Source: Blasia pusilla
Taxonomy: Eukaryota
Direction: 5' to 3'
Assembly: GCA_050084515.1 (NCBI GenBank)
Contig: CM114271.1
Span: forward strand, 6,696,001-6,760,000
Length of the DNA: 64,000 bases
A model generated the notes under the pieces. It was not told where the DNA came from. It was given only the letters and a program-made list of their open reading frames with translations, and ran no database searches. The translations under genes were made by a program, and so were the position numbers. Positions 39,568 to 52,524 of this stretch are shown piece by piece (position 1 is the first letter of the stretch; every line of letters starts with the position of its first letter).

Positions 39568-40253
39568 TGCACTGTTCGCTTGCACGGTTCGTCCGATTAC
39601 CATGTAGTTAATTATGGCACCATTTGTTAGGTGTAAGCTAATTTATCGAACAATAACTTACCTTACATGGAACACTTAGTGCACTGTTCGCTTGAATAGT
39701 TCGTTTGATTTCCATCTAGTCAATTCTAGCACCATTTGTTAGCTGTAAGCTAATTCATCAAAAAGTAACTTACCTTACATGGAACACTTAGTGCATTGTT
39801 TGCTTTAATGGTTCATCCGATTTCCATCTTGTCAATTTTGGCACCATTTTTTAGGTGTAAGCTAATTCATCGAATAGTAACTTACCTTATATGGAACACT
39901 TAGTGCAATGTTTGCTTGAACAGTTCGTCTGATTTCCATCTAGTCAGTTCTAGCACCATTTGTTAGGTGTAAGCTAATTCATTGAATAGTAAGTCACCTA
40001 ACATGGAACACTTAGTGCACTGTTTGCTTGAATGGTTCATCCGATTTCCATCTTGTCAATTTTGGCACAATTTGTTAGGTGTAAGCTAATTCATCGAATA
40101 GTAACTTACCTTATATGGAACACTTAGTGCACTGTTTTCTTGAACAGTTCGTCCAATTTCCATCTAGTCAATTGTGGCACCATTTGTTAGGTGTAAGCTA
40201 ATTCATTGAATAGTAAGTCACCTAACATGGAACACTTAGTGCAGTGTTCACTT
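39568..40253. repeat. 112-bp tandem array, 6 full copies plus a partial copy
   Basis: Unit starts (TGCA.TGTT) at 39568, 39680, 39792, 39904, 40016, 40128 and 40240. Confidence 0.95.
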
Positions 40254-40299
40254 GGGTTGTTTGAATTATTCTTGAGAAAGTTTTTTTGAAGAGTCTTCA

Positions 40300-43200
40300 C
40301 TTTACTTTCCATAATATGAATTCACATTGTATTGGCCGCATGCAACCATCACTTCAACTCTGCATGTCTATACGAGCATTTGATTCCCGCAATATGGCTT
40401 TCACACATGAACTTGCTCGAGTCTTTTGCGCTTCGCATACTTGCTATTGTTGATCACCACGTTGGAGGCGTTCCACCATTCGTTGAGTTCGAATAGATTC
40501 CAATTTTTTCTTCTGCTTCTTCACTTGGCTGCAATTTTTCGGTGTTATTTCTACATACTTGACCCACAACATCTCCAAATCCACTTTCAAGTCCAACTCC
40601 TAGTTCATAGTGCTGAATCTTTGCTTGGGAGCAAAATGCAGCTTCATAGCGGGTTGGGTTATGATCTCATGGTGAATGTGAGAATTGGTGAGACTCGTTT
40701 TTTTCCTTTTCCGACCATCCGTCATATTTTCCACAAAGTCCTTTCTTTGAATCAAACTCCAATCAGCACCATAGACTCTCTCCATCCGTGTTGGCGGAGT
40801 GTTTTCCTTGTCCGAGAAGTGTGTAGCATTTAGTTTGCGTTTGGCCTTCAAGTCAAGTACTTTCTGGATGACATCTTTTAAAAGAGTAAGGGAGTGGTCC
40901 ATGAGGATAGGACAATGATCTACTTTTCTTGATATGTCTGTAACCAATGAAACCAAATCTTGCTCTCCAACTACTGTAGGGCCTTTATCATCGGTCATGG
41001 GGAAATTAAAGTCTACAAAGGTATCGAGTTCCCCATCCCCAACTACCTCACCCATCAATGCAATCATCCCCCCCGCAATAATCCCCTTCTTTCTACCCAA
41101 ATACATGAAGATATCAGTGTCTGTGTGACCTTGCATTAGAAGAACCTTCACTTGCACAAAACAATAAAAAATTTCAGTTTTGAAATGTTGGAACACCGGA
41201 ATCGGAAACCAAATGTATCCCCTTTATGAAGGATGAAATAGCAACAAACATGATGTTTACATGTGTTCCCCTCAGTAGCGTGGGGGCACGTGCAGGTGAT
41301 GTCATCCTTGTCATAATCAACAACTTCATGAGTTTGGAGGGGTTTTGATTGACTTTTCACAAATGCAACTTTCCTCCCGATGATGGAAGTTAACGTAACA
41401 TATTCATGTGGAGTGGACTTGGCATTCTTTATTGCCATGACCATATTGTTCTCCACCATTTGATTCCGCACACACCCTTGCATCTTCAAATTCGAGGTAC
41501 ACGAATAGTACAACTCTACTATGTCAACTAGCACATGCAATAGCCACGACAAGCGACGTTGAAGTTGAGTTCTCCTGGAAGCTTTCAAATGAGTCGTTAA
41601 CATGGAATGCCAACGCTCCACAACGCCAGTTGTATTCTGATTTGCTCTCCTTATGGTGCTCCGATTATGGTTAGCCCATCTGCGTATCTTGGGAATCCAA
41701 TATGCTTGGAAGTACTCACAAAATACTAGTTCTTGACCCTTGCATCGATGTAAAAAAGCTTCAGCAGTTACCACAGGATCTGCAAAGTCAAGAAAGAGGA
41801 TTTATGTGAGTACTCCACATTACACTCCTTCGATAGGTGCCTCCGAACACATATTGGAATGTTCAAAGACCTATTCAAAACTATTCCACGTGTGCTTCTA
41901 AGCCTCATAATTGGAAACAACGAGGCGGTGATTTCAAAAGATGTGTTCCTGTATCTGTGGTATACATGACTCGAGCAAGCTTTCTATTCATCCAAGACTT
42001 GATAATGGGATCTCTAACCTTCATATGCAAGTTTTTTATCTACGCTTTGCGGATGTGCCAGATGCATAGGAATATTATGATTCCCGGAAAGGTTTCTCTG
42101 AATACAATGGAGGAAAAAAGTATTACACATTTGAAGAACTAAACCATTGAAAGTGTTATATAATGAATTTTTTTATATTTAAACGTACATAACACAACAT
42201 GAAACAAATTCACGTATCCATGGCGTTGCAACTACTAAGCAAAATGGAACACCTGCTGGTTTGTTTTGTTCTCAATAGAACAAAGCCAAACTAGGATGTT
42301 GTTGGACCCACATTCTTACTACAGTTGCATCACATGGACTGTAATGATGTGAATTTAGCTTCAATTGTAGTATGATGTTGCAGATATCTTTCATGGTGAG
42401 ATTCATATCCCTTGACCATATGACCTTCTCAATTGTTCTACCCGAACACCTCTCTTTGATGTGTCGGTAGTGTTCGTTTAGAATGTCTGCAGGCGAAACA
42501 CCAGCTCTCAACAGACGTTCAACAAACTCACGGCATCTATAAGATAGAGGTGATGCAATATGAGCATTTGCATCACGTCTATCTTATAGATGCCGTGAGG
42601 AGGTATCTGAACTATATGTTGAGGATGTTCCAACATGTTTACATTGAGTGTTCAACAAATGACGTGATTGACATTGAATGTCCCCGACAAATAATTAAAC
42701 CAACGAACTGCCAATGAGATTGAGGAAGGGAACAAAAGAAGGGGACACCTCGAAGCTGACATTGCAGCAAGCAAAAAATGAATTACGCAGGACCCGAAGC
42801 ATTGGGAAGCATTATTCACCTTGGGCATCAAAACCGCACTAGCTCTTTCCTGCTCCTGTGTGTGTCTCAAACTCCTCAACTCCTCCCTGCTGTTGCTGGC
42901 CCTCATGTTCACCTTGGGGGGCTCACAATATGCCTCTGCGGATCCTCTCTGCCCCGACTGCCTTGCCCCGCGTGACCCTAATCCTTGTCTTGCCTCGGGT
43001 TTCCCACCATTTACCTCGGATTTCAAAAGATGGGCTCATGCAACTCGGGCAGCCCCGCATCGACCTCGGGTTCGCTTAACCCGAGGATGAATAGGCACGA
43101 GGATTCTAGGAGAGTGCATCATTGGATGACTTCCCTCACTGTGCATTTCGAAAATACCATAACTCCTCACTCTGAAATAGTGAACAAATTTGACCTCGAA

Positions 43201-43620
43201 GCCAACGTGTGAAAAGCCAAGGTGCAACAAGTCAAAGCTTTGACTCAACTGCCTGAAATAGTAGGAAACACGTCAATGTGTCCCTTGAATACCACAACAC
43301 TCACCACGTGAAAGAACGTTGAGAAAACCCATATAGTATCCTCAACGAAACGGTGGAACTTCCAATGAAGCACACGTAGTACGTTTCTTAAGTTCCCTCC
43401 GAAACGTGTCATAAAGCATGCGCAGATCTTTGGACAAGTTACTTCCCATCCTAGTCACCGTTTGGTAGGCGTTGGTGCCATCCAAGTCAACAGGCTCTAT
43501 TGGGCGTCCTCGCCGGATCGTCTTGGAAGCACATGGATCCGTGATTTCTGAGGGAACCTAAGAACCTCCAACTCACAACAGCCTTGCGATTGATTCGTCG
43601 CCGTTGTCCCTTTTCGCCAT
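40300..43620 (-). pseudogene. Mutator-like (MULE) transposase with SWIM Zn finger, decayed, with introns
   Basis: LTMKDICNI..DATVVRMWV; FPGIIIFLCIWHIRKA; EYFQAYW..NTTGVVERWHSML; SWIM CTCPHATEGNTCKH. Confidence 0.85.
42527..42599. repeat. 32-bp inverted repeat (1 mismatch, 9-nt loop) inside the MULE transposase
   Basis: CTCACGGCATCTATAAGATAGAGGTGATGCAA versus TTGCATCACGTCTATCTTATAGATGCCGTGAG. Confidence 0.95.
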
Positions 43621-43898
43621 GATCGCGAGCGTGGATCTTAGAGCCAACGTTCTACACTTCACAAACTGTTCGTGGGAGTTCCGAAGGAATGTCGACTCCG
43701 AACGTCGTTCAGTCATGCTAAGGTACGGAACCATCCAAGGAGTGACTTCAGCAATTTGGCGGGTATTTTGTAAAGTTCAAGCTGGATTCAGGCACTAGAT
43801 AGGCCCCCCCCCTTATCGTCCGCAGCATCCATTGCGGACACGGACCACACGGGCGAGAAAAAATAATTTTGGCAGGTAGTTTCTCGGCTTCAGGTTCA

Positions 43899-44169
43899 TC
43901 TATATTACTATTTTATTACGGGCTAACTGCCCTGCATAATAAGACAAAATAGTGACACCAAATAACAACTTTTTATTTTTATCCTGCTGGCATGTTGGGT
44001 GACGATTTTGGGGTTTTAATGGGAAGTGATTTTAATGTAATGGGAGTACGGCGAATGAAAGGTAGTGGAGTGGTGGGGAGTTTAAAGACATGGGGAGTGG
44101 GATCTTTTAAAACAACCCCCACTACTCTTTATGCCAATGCTTTGTGCAAAGCACGGGCATGCTAACTAG
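43899..44169 (+). mobile_element. Small non-autonomous Helitron (271 bp)
   Basis: Sits between A (43898) and T (44170). 5' end TCTATATTACTA; 3' GTGCAAAGCAC hairpin followed by GGGCATGCTAACTAG. Confidence 0.75.
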
Positions 44170-47100
44170 TGGGAGGTTGTGCAAGATGGGGTCCTCCGTG
44201 TATAACTTTGCAAACTTGCACCCCTCGTAAATACAAATGCACACACAAATCTAGTTATTATCCTAAGTTGTGGTGAAGAGCCGCAAACCTAACCGTACCT
44301 CCTTCCGCCTATCCATGTGTTGGAGGTGGACTTTGGTACTTGATTTTTTTGAGTCCCTTTTTTTTATTTCCGGTTTTCTATCATGAGTTTTTAACGAGGT
44401 TAATGAGTGTTCTTCCGCCTACCGATGATGAGTGATATGGGTCCCGTCCAAGTGGGGCTGATGGGGGTTTCCTTGTATGCTTTATTAATCAAAGTCATTT
44501 ATTTGGATTTCTTTTGAATTCCATGTTATATTATATTAAAAATTAGAATGAGGAGAATATTTTAATAATTAGATTAATTTCTATATTTATTTTTCTTAAT
44601 CTCCATAAATGAACATGATCGGAGTTCTTAAGGCCGGGTGAGTAATTTTTAGTCTAATGTGTAGTGTAGCTCCTTCTCAAAGTAAAAAGGGAATATGTTG
44701 TGTAGATTTGCATTAAATTGCATGTGATGGCATTTAAGGACGGTTAAAAAAATGAAAATTTAAATTCATTACATACTTGAGATGTCTATTAAACTTGTAA
44801 GCTAAGGTAGTGGTATGTTCATGAAAATGATAGGCATGTCATATTGTCACAAAGTCTTAACAAAAACTAAAATTTTTATTTTATTTGAATCATGATTAGG
44901 GTATGTTCCTTTAGTCGTTTTTTTTTTCTAGAATTTTTAAGTTAAAATTGGCCTTATTATGGCATGTGAATGATCTTTAGGAAATAAAAAACCAAAAGAT
45001 CCCCAAAGGATTCTAGAGGTGATAATCATAAATTTGAAAGAAATATCTCCTATGAAAAGCCCAAATTCGAAGGTCCCATGTGTAGGAGGAGTGGTAATGT
45101 AAGAAAAAGATCATGGATATTTATCTCTTAGAAGATTTTAGGGATGTGGGATTGGTATGAAATTTTATGAAATAAAAATTCATTTATTATAAAAGTATTT
45201 GAATGATTCAAAATTTAAACTAAAATCTATAAATCATGATTTTCTCGTTCTGGCACGTTTTCATATGTCAATTTCTTTTTCTCTCCATCGTGTGCTCTAC
45301 ACGTGGTTTATAATCAATTTCTCCAACTGCCCCGCCCTCCCCCCCTAAGGGCGGCACACTGATTGTCTCCGCAAAAGGTAAAAAGAAAAAATTGAGTGCT
45401 GGATAGTAAGAACTTTCCTTATCAAGTCAAACTGAAATCAAACAAGTTCATATTATGGATGAACAATGTTCAATGAGAACATTGCTCATGAACAAAAACA
45501 CCTGTGACGATACCAATCGTACTTTACGTGCGCGATCAGGACAACGGGAAGACGATAAGAGGTTTTTTTTTTCTTAGAGAGGGAGACGCGCGACTGCCAA
45601 TGTGGGGTGATGGAGTCGTTCTTTGGTAACAGCTTTGACAAGCGAGGGTGGGGACACTCATGAGTGGGTAGAACGAGACCTGCTCCCAACCTCTCGCATC
45701 TACGCTGTCCTTTCCTGGGCGAGGAGAGTAAATTAGGAGGTTCTCACAATACTCCTCATTCACTGGTAGGTCGGTGAATTGATAAAGTCAAGGAAAGACT
45801 GCGCACGCTCACTCACAGCACACGATATGGAAATTTGGTTTCAGACGGGAGACTCGCGGACACCGATGGTACTCTGACAGGGAGAACCTTGCAAATATTG
45901 AGTCAGTTTCTTGGCGTCTTCATTTATGGATGTGGTCACAAGTTTGCAAATCCACTGCATTATAATAAGAAACCTAGGAAGACAAGCATCTCAATTCGCA
46001 CCAAGGTCTACCTCATTTCCAATCTACCACAATCGCCAGGTCGCTGAAATGATGGAGTCACAGTACATCAGTAGGGACCAGTAGAGATCAAGGAAAGTGA
46101 GCGCCTTCACTTACAAAGCGAGAGCAGAAAATCTAGTGTGGGACAAGAAGCCCGTGAAAACCGATGGTACTGTGGCAGTGAGAACCAGGCGAATAGTCAG
46201 TCACATTCTGGGCATCTTCGATCATAGATGTGCTACCATCATCCTCAAAACTACCTCAATTCGCACGAGGGTTTATCTAAATCCATTGCGTAAAATTGTC
46301 ATCATACTAAGCTCTCATAGGACTGTTGTCGCACTGATCTGGTTCATTTCTTTTCTCCTCCTGTGGCGCAAAATTGATAGGAGAGGCGGTGCCACACAGG
46401 ACTGATAGTAGGGCAGTCAGTCCTCGAATGGTGTGTTTTCGCCCCCTGGTGGAAACGCAATTACTGAGACGGGAGCACTGAGCATCACCAGACTGCAATT
46501 TTTGCGACGGTGCAACAGGTATCAATCTCTGCTCTCTCTGTATGTTGCACGTGTGTAACCTGAAAGACTCGAATCCTGTTGGCTGTGATGCGCACCAGAT
46601 GCAAGCCAAGGCCTTGGTTTCTGGTGACCTTGAGCAAAGCTAGTTTCTCCATCGGATCGGAAACGAGTTCACATCGAATCTGTTTTCTCGTTTAGCCGAA
46701 ATATTGTCAATTTCAGATCTCTTGCGACCTGCTCTTGGTGTCCCTTGCAACGAAGAAGTCAGGTACCCGTAAGATTCTTGTAAGAATCCAGTTTCACCTC
46801 TCCTCTAAAACCGTGGACCACGAATCTCTATTGTGGACGCAAGGCGACTCGGTACATTCATTCTTCCCTGGTGCCACCAACTCAATCAGGGAAAAGAACT
46901 ATCGATTTCAAGGTCGTTTTGAATCAAGTTGCCTTGGGACCATAGTCCGGGGAGTGTTTTCACGAGAACCGGTACAGAACCGGTGTTCCAGAGCCCGGAC
47001 CGGTAAATTTAGATTTCCAACCGGCTTTTCAGATACGTTTACAAAGAAATCCCCCCTAAACCTGCCAGTTTTTTTTTGACGAGTTTGGATTGAATCGGTA

Positions 47101-48619
47101 ATTGTTGATTTTAGCCGGCTACGATTACTCGTAACCCCGGATCTCCCCGTTCATTGCTTGGGACTTGTCTAGATTTCAACTTCGACTTATTTATTTCACA
47201 TGAGCAGTTTGTGTACGTAACTGAACTTATCTCAGATCGTTAGTGCTATTCAGAAAGACGACAGGGACCCTAACGTGCAATCGGACAAACAAATTTGTCG
47301 TAGTCTGGGCCACCTTGTCAGGAAATTTAATCAACTGTAATCTGCTCCTCAGGATCGTCAGGCATCGTCCTCATTGGGGGGGAATGCCCCCTTCTTCCTT
47401 TTCTGGTCCTGTTGTGGCCTTCAGGTTTTGACTCTTTGAGTCCCCCTCTTTTGTACTTCCGATGGGTTTTCCATCACTCGTTTTTATCGAAGTGCATCTT
47501 TGTTCTTTCCTCAAGGGGCCAGAGAATACCTTTCTACTTTGCCAGATTAGGGGAAAAAGCAGAAACTTAGAATCTCTCTCTTTTAAACGCAAGGTTTATC
47601 TATAGGCTATGATCAGTTCTCGGGGCTTACTTTTTCTAGAAAATCAGTGAACCCCACATTATGTCATATCGGGAAATGGATGAGCCTTACTCGTACCTCC
47701 GATTTGGGTGTTTAGTTTTGGTTTTAGAATCTCTCTTTTTCTTTCGTCGAGTGACGACTACCTCCCTCAGAAAGCACAGCTCTGTGCTTGCTGGCCCTGA
47801 AACAACAGTAAGTGGTTGGCCCAAAGCCACCTGGATTCGCTGTCTTGAAAATCCAGCTGATATTCTCGCTCTTCAGTCTTTCCTTAGGATGCTACTCCTA
47901 CAGCAACTTCCATGTGGAAATCCAGGATCGAGGAACTCGGGCTATGATTTGCATTCTGTCCTCTCTGTCACTTCCCTTAACATCCACCATACAACCATCT
48001 TTGGCTATCTGTCACTGCTTGATCTGGCCTGCTTTCATGCTGCAAATATGCGAGCGTTAAGTGTCATGGCTACTGAGTAACTGGGGCCCAAACATCAGCT
48101 CGTTGGTTTATTGTCTCTCCCAGAATGGCTTCCCGTGGCGGAGAAAAGCGAATTATAACTCAGAAATTGCTAAGTCTGGCATCACCAGAGCTGTTCATCC
48201 TATTGAGTTGCCTATGTTCACTGCCCAAAGATGCTACACTTGCAAACAGTGTTCTTTTGTAGTCCTAATAAGCTAAGGTAGATCGTGTTGTAAAGTGTTT
48301 CTTGCCTGTCTTGGCTGACATTAGGATGCGCCGCACTAACAATCTGATTTTATGCACTAATACTACGCGAGTGTTCCTCCTCTGGAATGGCGATATCTAC
48401 TCTTTCCTCCTGTGACTAAAGGTTCTGACGAGTCTAATTTCGAGGTGTTCTCTCCCTCCCTCTAGTTTCCCTTGGCAACACGGACAATTCTAAGATTATC
48501 AAGCACTTTCCGTCACACCGCATGTATTACTTAGTTCCTTCATCAACCATGTGCAAGAAGGGCTGATCTAACTGGTGTGTGTGTTACTCTAGGAGTCTCT
48601 CTCATAAGATCACAAGGTC

Positions 48620-49123
48620 ATGGATAATACTCAGCAAGAAAAAGACGTCCCACGACAAGAACAGTTACCAAGATGGCGTGGAGCGCTGCAAACCACGATC
48701 CGTGCTCCAATTGAGAAAGCATGGGATCTCAGTGCAGATTTTTGTGGTATGAAAAGGTGGGTTAATACCGTCGACATCTGTGCAAAAATTCAAGGTGAAC
48801 ACCAGACGGCAGGATGCGTGCGGTACTTGGAGGGCAATACGTTTCCAAGACCAGATGGTGGCAAGTCCTGGGCGAAAGAGAAACTTCTGGAATTTGATGG
48901 CGAGAACCATCGTATGGTCTACACGATGCTGGACAACAATTTCGGGCTGAGCAAGTATGTATGCACCTACATTTTGCAGGACGTCGGTGACGGGAGAACC
49001 CATGTAGACTGGTCCTTTGAGGTGGACGCCATGGCCAACAGGACCGAGCAGCAGCTGAAGGAATACATGATTGGAGTGTACAAGGTATCTCTTGAGCGAC
49101 TTGAAATGCTCTGCAATTCTTAG
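48620..49123 (+). CDS. SRPBCC/START-fold (Polyketide_cyc2) protein, lachrymatory-factor-synthase-like, 167 aa
   Basis: Intact ORF with WRG..TIRAPIEKAW..DF, GCVRY, WAKEKLLEFD, YTMLDNNFG, VDWSFEVD and a C-terminal helix. A branch-point/acceptor-like CTAAC...CTCTAG just upstream (~48568-48592) suggests a 5'UTR intron. Confidence 0.88.
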   Translation: MDNTQQEKDVPRQEQLPRWRGALQTTIRAPIEKAWDLSADFCGMKRWVNTVDICAKIQGEHQTAGCVRYLEGNTFPRPDGGKSWAKEKLLEFDGENHRMVYTMLDNNFGLSKYVCTYILQDVGDGRTHVDWSFEVDAMANRTEQQLKEYMIGVYKVSLERLEMLCNS

Positions 49124-51666
49124 GGCCGCTCCCATGAGAGAGCGAGTTCACGACATTGAATAAATAATGAATTTGTGATTTAGCGTTCTTTGTAGCATGA
49201 CGTAGTAGATTTTCGCAGGTACTTAAAGGCCCTTTCCACTCGACCAGGTACTTAGGGCCCCATCCCATGGCCACTGCCGTAAAGGTCCCCGATCTCGGGT
49301 CCTCACAGCAGCCGGGAAAATGATCGGTCGATTGAAGTTTCGCCGGGTTCGGCATGGGTAAAAGCCTTCGGGGCAACTTTCTTGGAGTCACGGCACCATG
49401 GAATGTACACATGAGTTGAAGTGAAAGGCGAATTCCATAGCTCCCTCATCGAAGCCTGGAATTGATTCCAATAGGGCATAATTGGTAGCAGAAATTCCTT
49501 TCATCATTAACTGTGTCATCTGCCCTTTTCTGTTTGTGCCACACTGGGCTTGACAATTTATGATACTAGTAAATGCATGTGGGGGAAAGTAGCCTCATCG
49601 AGTGTGGTTAGCTGAGAAGAGACCGGTGTCAAGGCTATAAACAACCCAAAAAGATAGATAAACCTAATAATATTGTAGATGTCGAAATTCCCAACACATG
49701 TAACAAGAATTTATTGAAATCAAGATGTTTACAAAATTATTAGTAAGAATATTTAAAGCACATACTTATGCCATTTGCATAAGTATGTGCTTTCCATTTT
49801 CTAACAATAATGTAAGATTTGAAATCCAAAAAACTACTCATTTCATTGCATATATGAGAGGTTTCAACGTTTGTAATTTTTATTCCCTTCTTCTAACTTG
49901 GAAGTTGAAGCTCCAAAGTTAGTAAACATTTGTAGGAGTGGTATAAGAGGTCCAATCATACAAAAATAAACCTCCACAAATATAGAATCCACTCTAATTT
50001 TAACAAGCATGAACAGATTATTATCAAAGGGACTTTTCTTTTTAAGAAGGGTTTCATTTCTTTGGGAAAACTATATTAAAAATAACCCCCCTCCCTCGTA
50101 TAGATGTTTTATTTATAAGAAAATATTAATTTTAAGAAGAGCCTCTACATAGTCTAGAGGAAGCAATCTTTGACTATTTTTAGAACACTTTGTGCACATA
50201 TAATTAAGTCTTTCTCATCTTAAAAATCAGACAACACTTTCGATAGATAACGCTTTCAATTTTCTAGCAGGACTAACTATCGTCTTATTGGGGCTACTCA
50301 ACACCATCAATGGATTTTAATGCCCCCCAATCTAGGGATTGTGGATTCTTGCTTTCAATCCTAACACCTTCACAAGAGGACATGTTATGCAATTTTAATT
50401 TGGTGCCCAATCCCATATATACGCAGTATCCTTATCTAACTTCATGAGAGGATCAAAATTTGAGGACTAAATTTCATCAACAACCAAAAATTTCAAACCA
50501 TGGGTTATCAACATATATATCCTCTATGTGTTTTGAGATTGTCATAAGAGTATTTGTTTCATTTGACCAAGATCTTGAATTTTCTTATTAAAGTTTGTTA
50601 TCAAATAACATTCGTGCTAAGATAAGTTTCTACATCATTTCTATCATTTAAGTTTATATTTTTATAATTAGGGAAGCTATTTAATATGAAATTACAAGTA
50701 TGCAAACACTAAGAAACAATCCAATGACGCATTAGTGCTATACAAACTAAAATTTCTTACTTTCTTGCTAAAAAATGTATTTAATAAAAATTACTCATAT
50801 GCATCTCAAATAGCTAAGTCTTCGATGCACACACAAACACTGTCAAACATGGATACACAAAGTAAGTTTTGATAGCAGACCAAAGGGAAATCAACCTTAG
50901 TGGTAGAATTAACACTACCTAGTAGCAAGATTCAAGGTATGCCAAGTTACGAGACAAGTATCATCATCAGAAGTAAGGGCGGACCAATCCACCGAAGGAA
51001 GGTTAAGATGGGTGAGATATCTTGAGACGAAAGGGAAGCAATTGCAAACAAGCCACTACCTAAGATTAATCAAGACGTGTGGGTCGTTTTAGACAAGACT
51101 TGGGAATAAAAGTGAAGGTGCACAATTGATTATTTCAACTAACGGGGAATCAAGATTATTCAAGATGGTTGGTCTAGTTGTCTATCATGAGTATTATGAG
51201 ATTAACCTTAGCAGAAAGGGCACATAGCCACTCATGACGGCAAAGGATCAAGCAAGAGAGCTAAAAGACCCTTTAGCCAAGTTCCCAATCAAGGTCGAGA
51301 AGAAAAGAATTTTGGAGTAGTTGAGATGGCAAAAATATCATGAGACTAGTGGTAAAACTCGAGGATCAGCAAGACACCCATGAGATGCCAAATAGGAGGA
51401 ATCAAGATGGGTGTCAACCATGAGATGCAAAAATCAGTGTTTAAATCACGGTTTGAGGTTCCAATTAAGATGAGTTTGGGGAAGTCAAGATGGGTAGAAT
51501 CTTTCAAACAAGAGACACCCCCAAGTCATCTTAGGGGACAACTAGTGAAACGCAAGTTTGCAAGACATAAACCACGTCGGGGTTGTGGTCCAAAACCAAG
51601 GGCCCAAGATGGATATTGGGAAAATTGGGGTTTCCCTTCACAACCCCAAAAGTGTATATAGGGAGG

Positions 51667-52524
51667 TGTCCTCTCCAAGATTGCACACAAAAAACATCCA
51701 TGTTTGTGCGGGCCCAAGTATCCATGTCCTACACCTGAGTTTGCCAAGCCCGTAACGTAGAGTCAGGCTTGGCCAGCTTGCACCCATTTTTTAGCTCGTA
51801 GAAAGTCCGCGTGCGGCCCGTAGGGCAGGTTGGGCCCCCATTGGACACGCTCACGCTCATAGCTCTCAATGCGCGAGCCTTCAACCCGCCATATGGCCCT
51901 TGTGTGGGCTCGGCCACGGGCCTTACGTGCGCCTAAGCCTGTCCAATGGAGGTCTAGCCCACCCTGGGGGCTTTCTGTGTGCTAAAAACCGGTGCAATCT
52001 AGCGAGCCCGGATCTACGTTATTGGCTCAGCAAGTCCGTTTCATGGAAACATACTTGTTTGTTTCTATAAAACCCTAACCCTGTCTCCTATTGAGGATAG
52101 AGTCATAGGCAAGCTCTTCGTACACATGAACCGCTACATTTGGTACTCACACGAAGCAAGAAAGCTTTATCTTGGTAAGTTACCTAGCCTACTATAGGGT
52201 TATCTTAATCAGGGTTAGTTAACTACAGTTGGTATAACTCGAAACTACGGTTAGTATTAGGATTAGGGTTGCTTATAAATAACTTATATAATTGAGAAGA
52301 GGACTTGCCTCCATTCATTCTCTCATTGCAAAATTTCATTCTCCGTGGGATTTCCCTTCAGAACCCCAATAGAGAAGAGAGGCAAGAGAAGCCAAAATTT
52401 CAGTTTGGGGCAAGGAAATTTCAGTCATAGCTCAATGTAGAAGATTTCAGGTGAAGCTCTGACGATGATAGAACTTTGGAGATATTTTAAAGGATTTTTC
52501 TAGTCCATTCAAAAATCTCGGCCT
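51667..52524 (+). mobile_element. Probable LTR fragment into which element C inserted
   Basis: Purine tract AGGGAGG then TGTCCTCT; AAACCCTA motif, TATAAATA near 52275 and a CT-rich leader; cut at the start of element C. Confidence 0.4.

Noticed and set aside
39568-40253. CRISPR array
   Set aside because: Whole 112-bp units repeat with no unique spacers; no cas genes; eukaryotic context.
46940-47125. MITE with ACCGG repeats
   Set aside because: The motif cluster is visible, but no TIRs or TSD were identified.
48620-49123. PYR/PYL ABA receptor
   Set aside because: No SGLPA gate, and the latch position reads DNNFG instead of GDHRL.
48665-49412. Antisense ORFs of 156 and 216 aa
   Set aside because: Shadows of the real CDS with no recognisable motifs.
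52070-52280. Telomeric repeat array
   Set aside because: Only scattered AAACCCTA/TAGGGTT motifs, not tandem.
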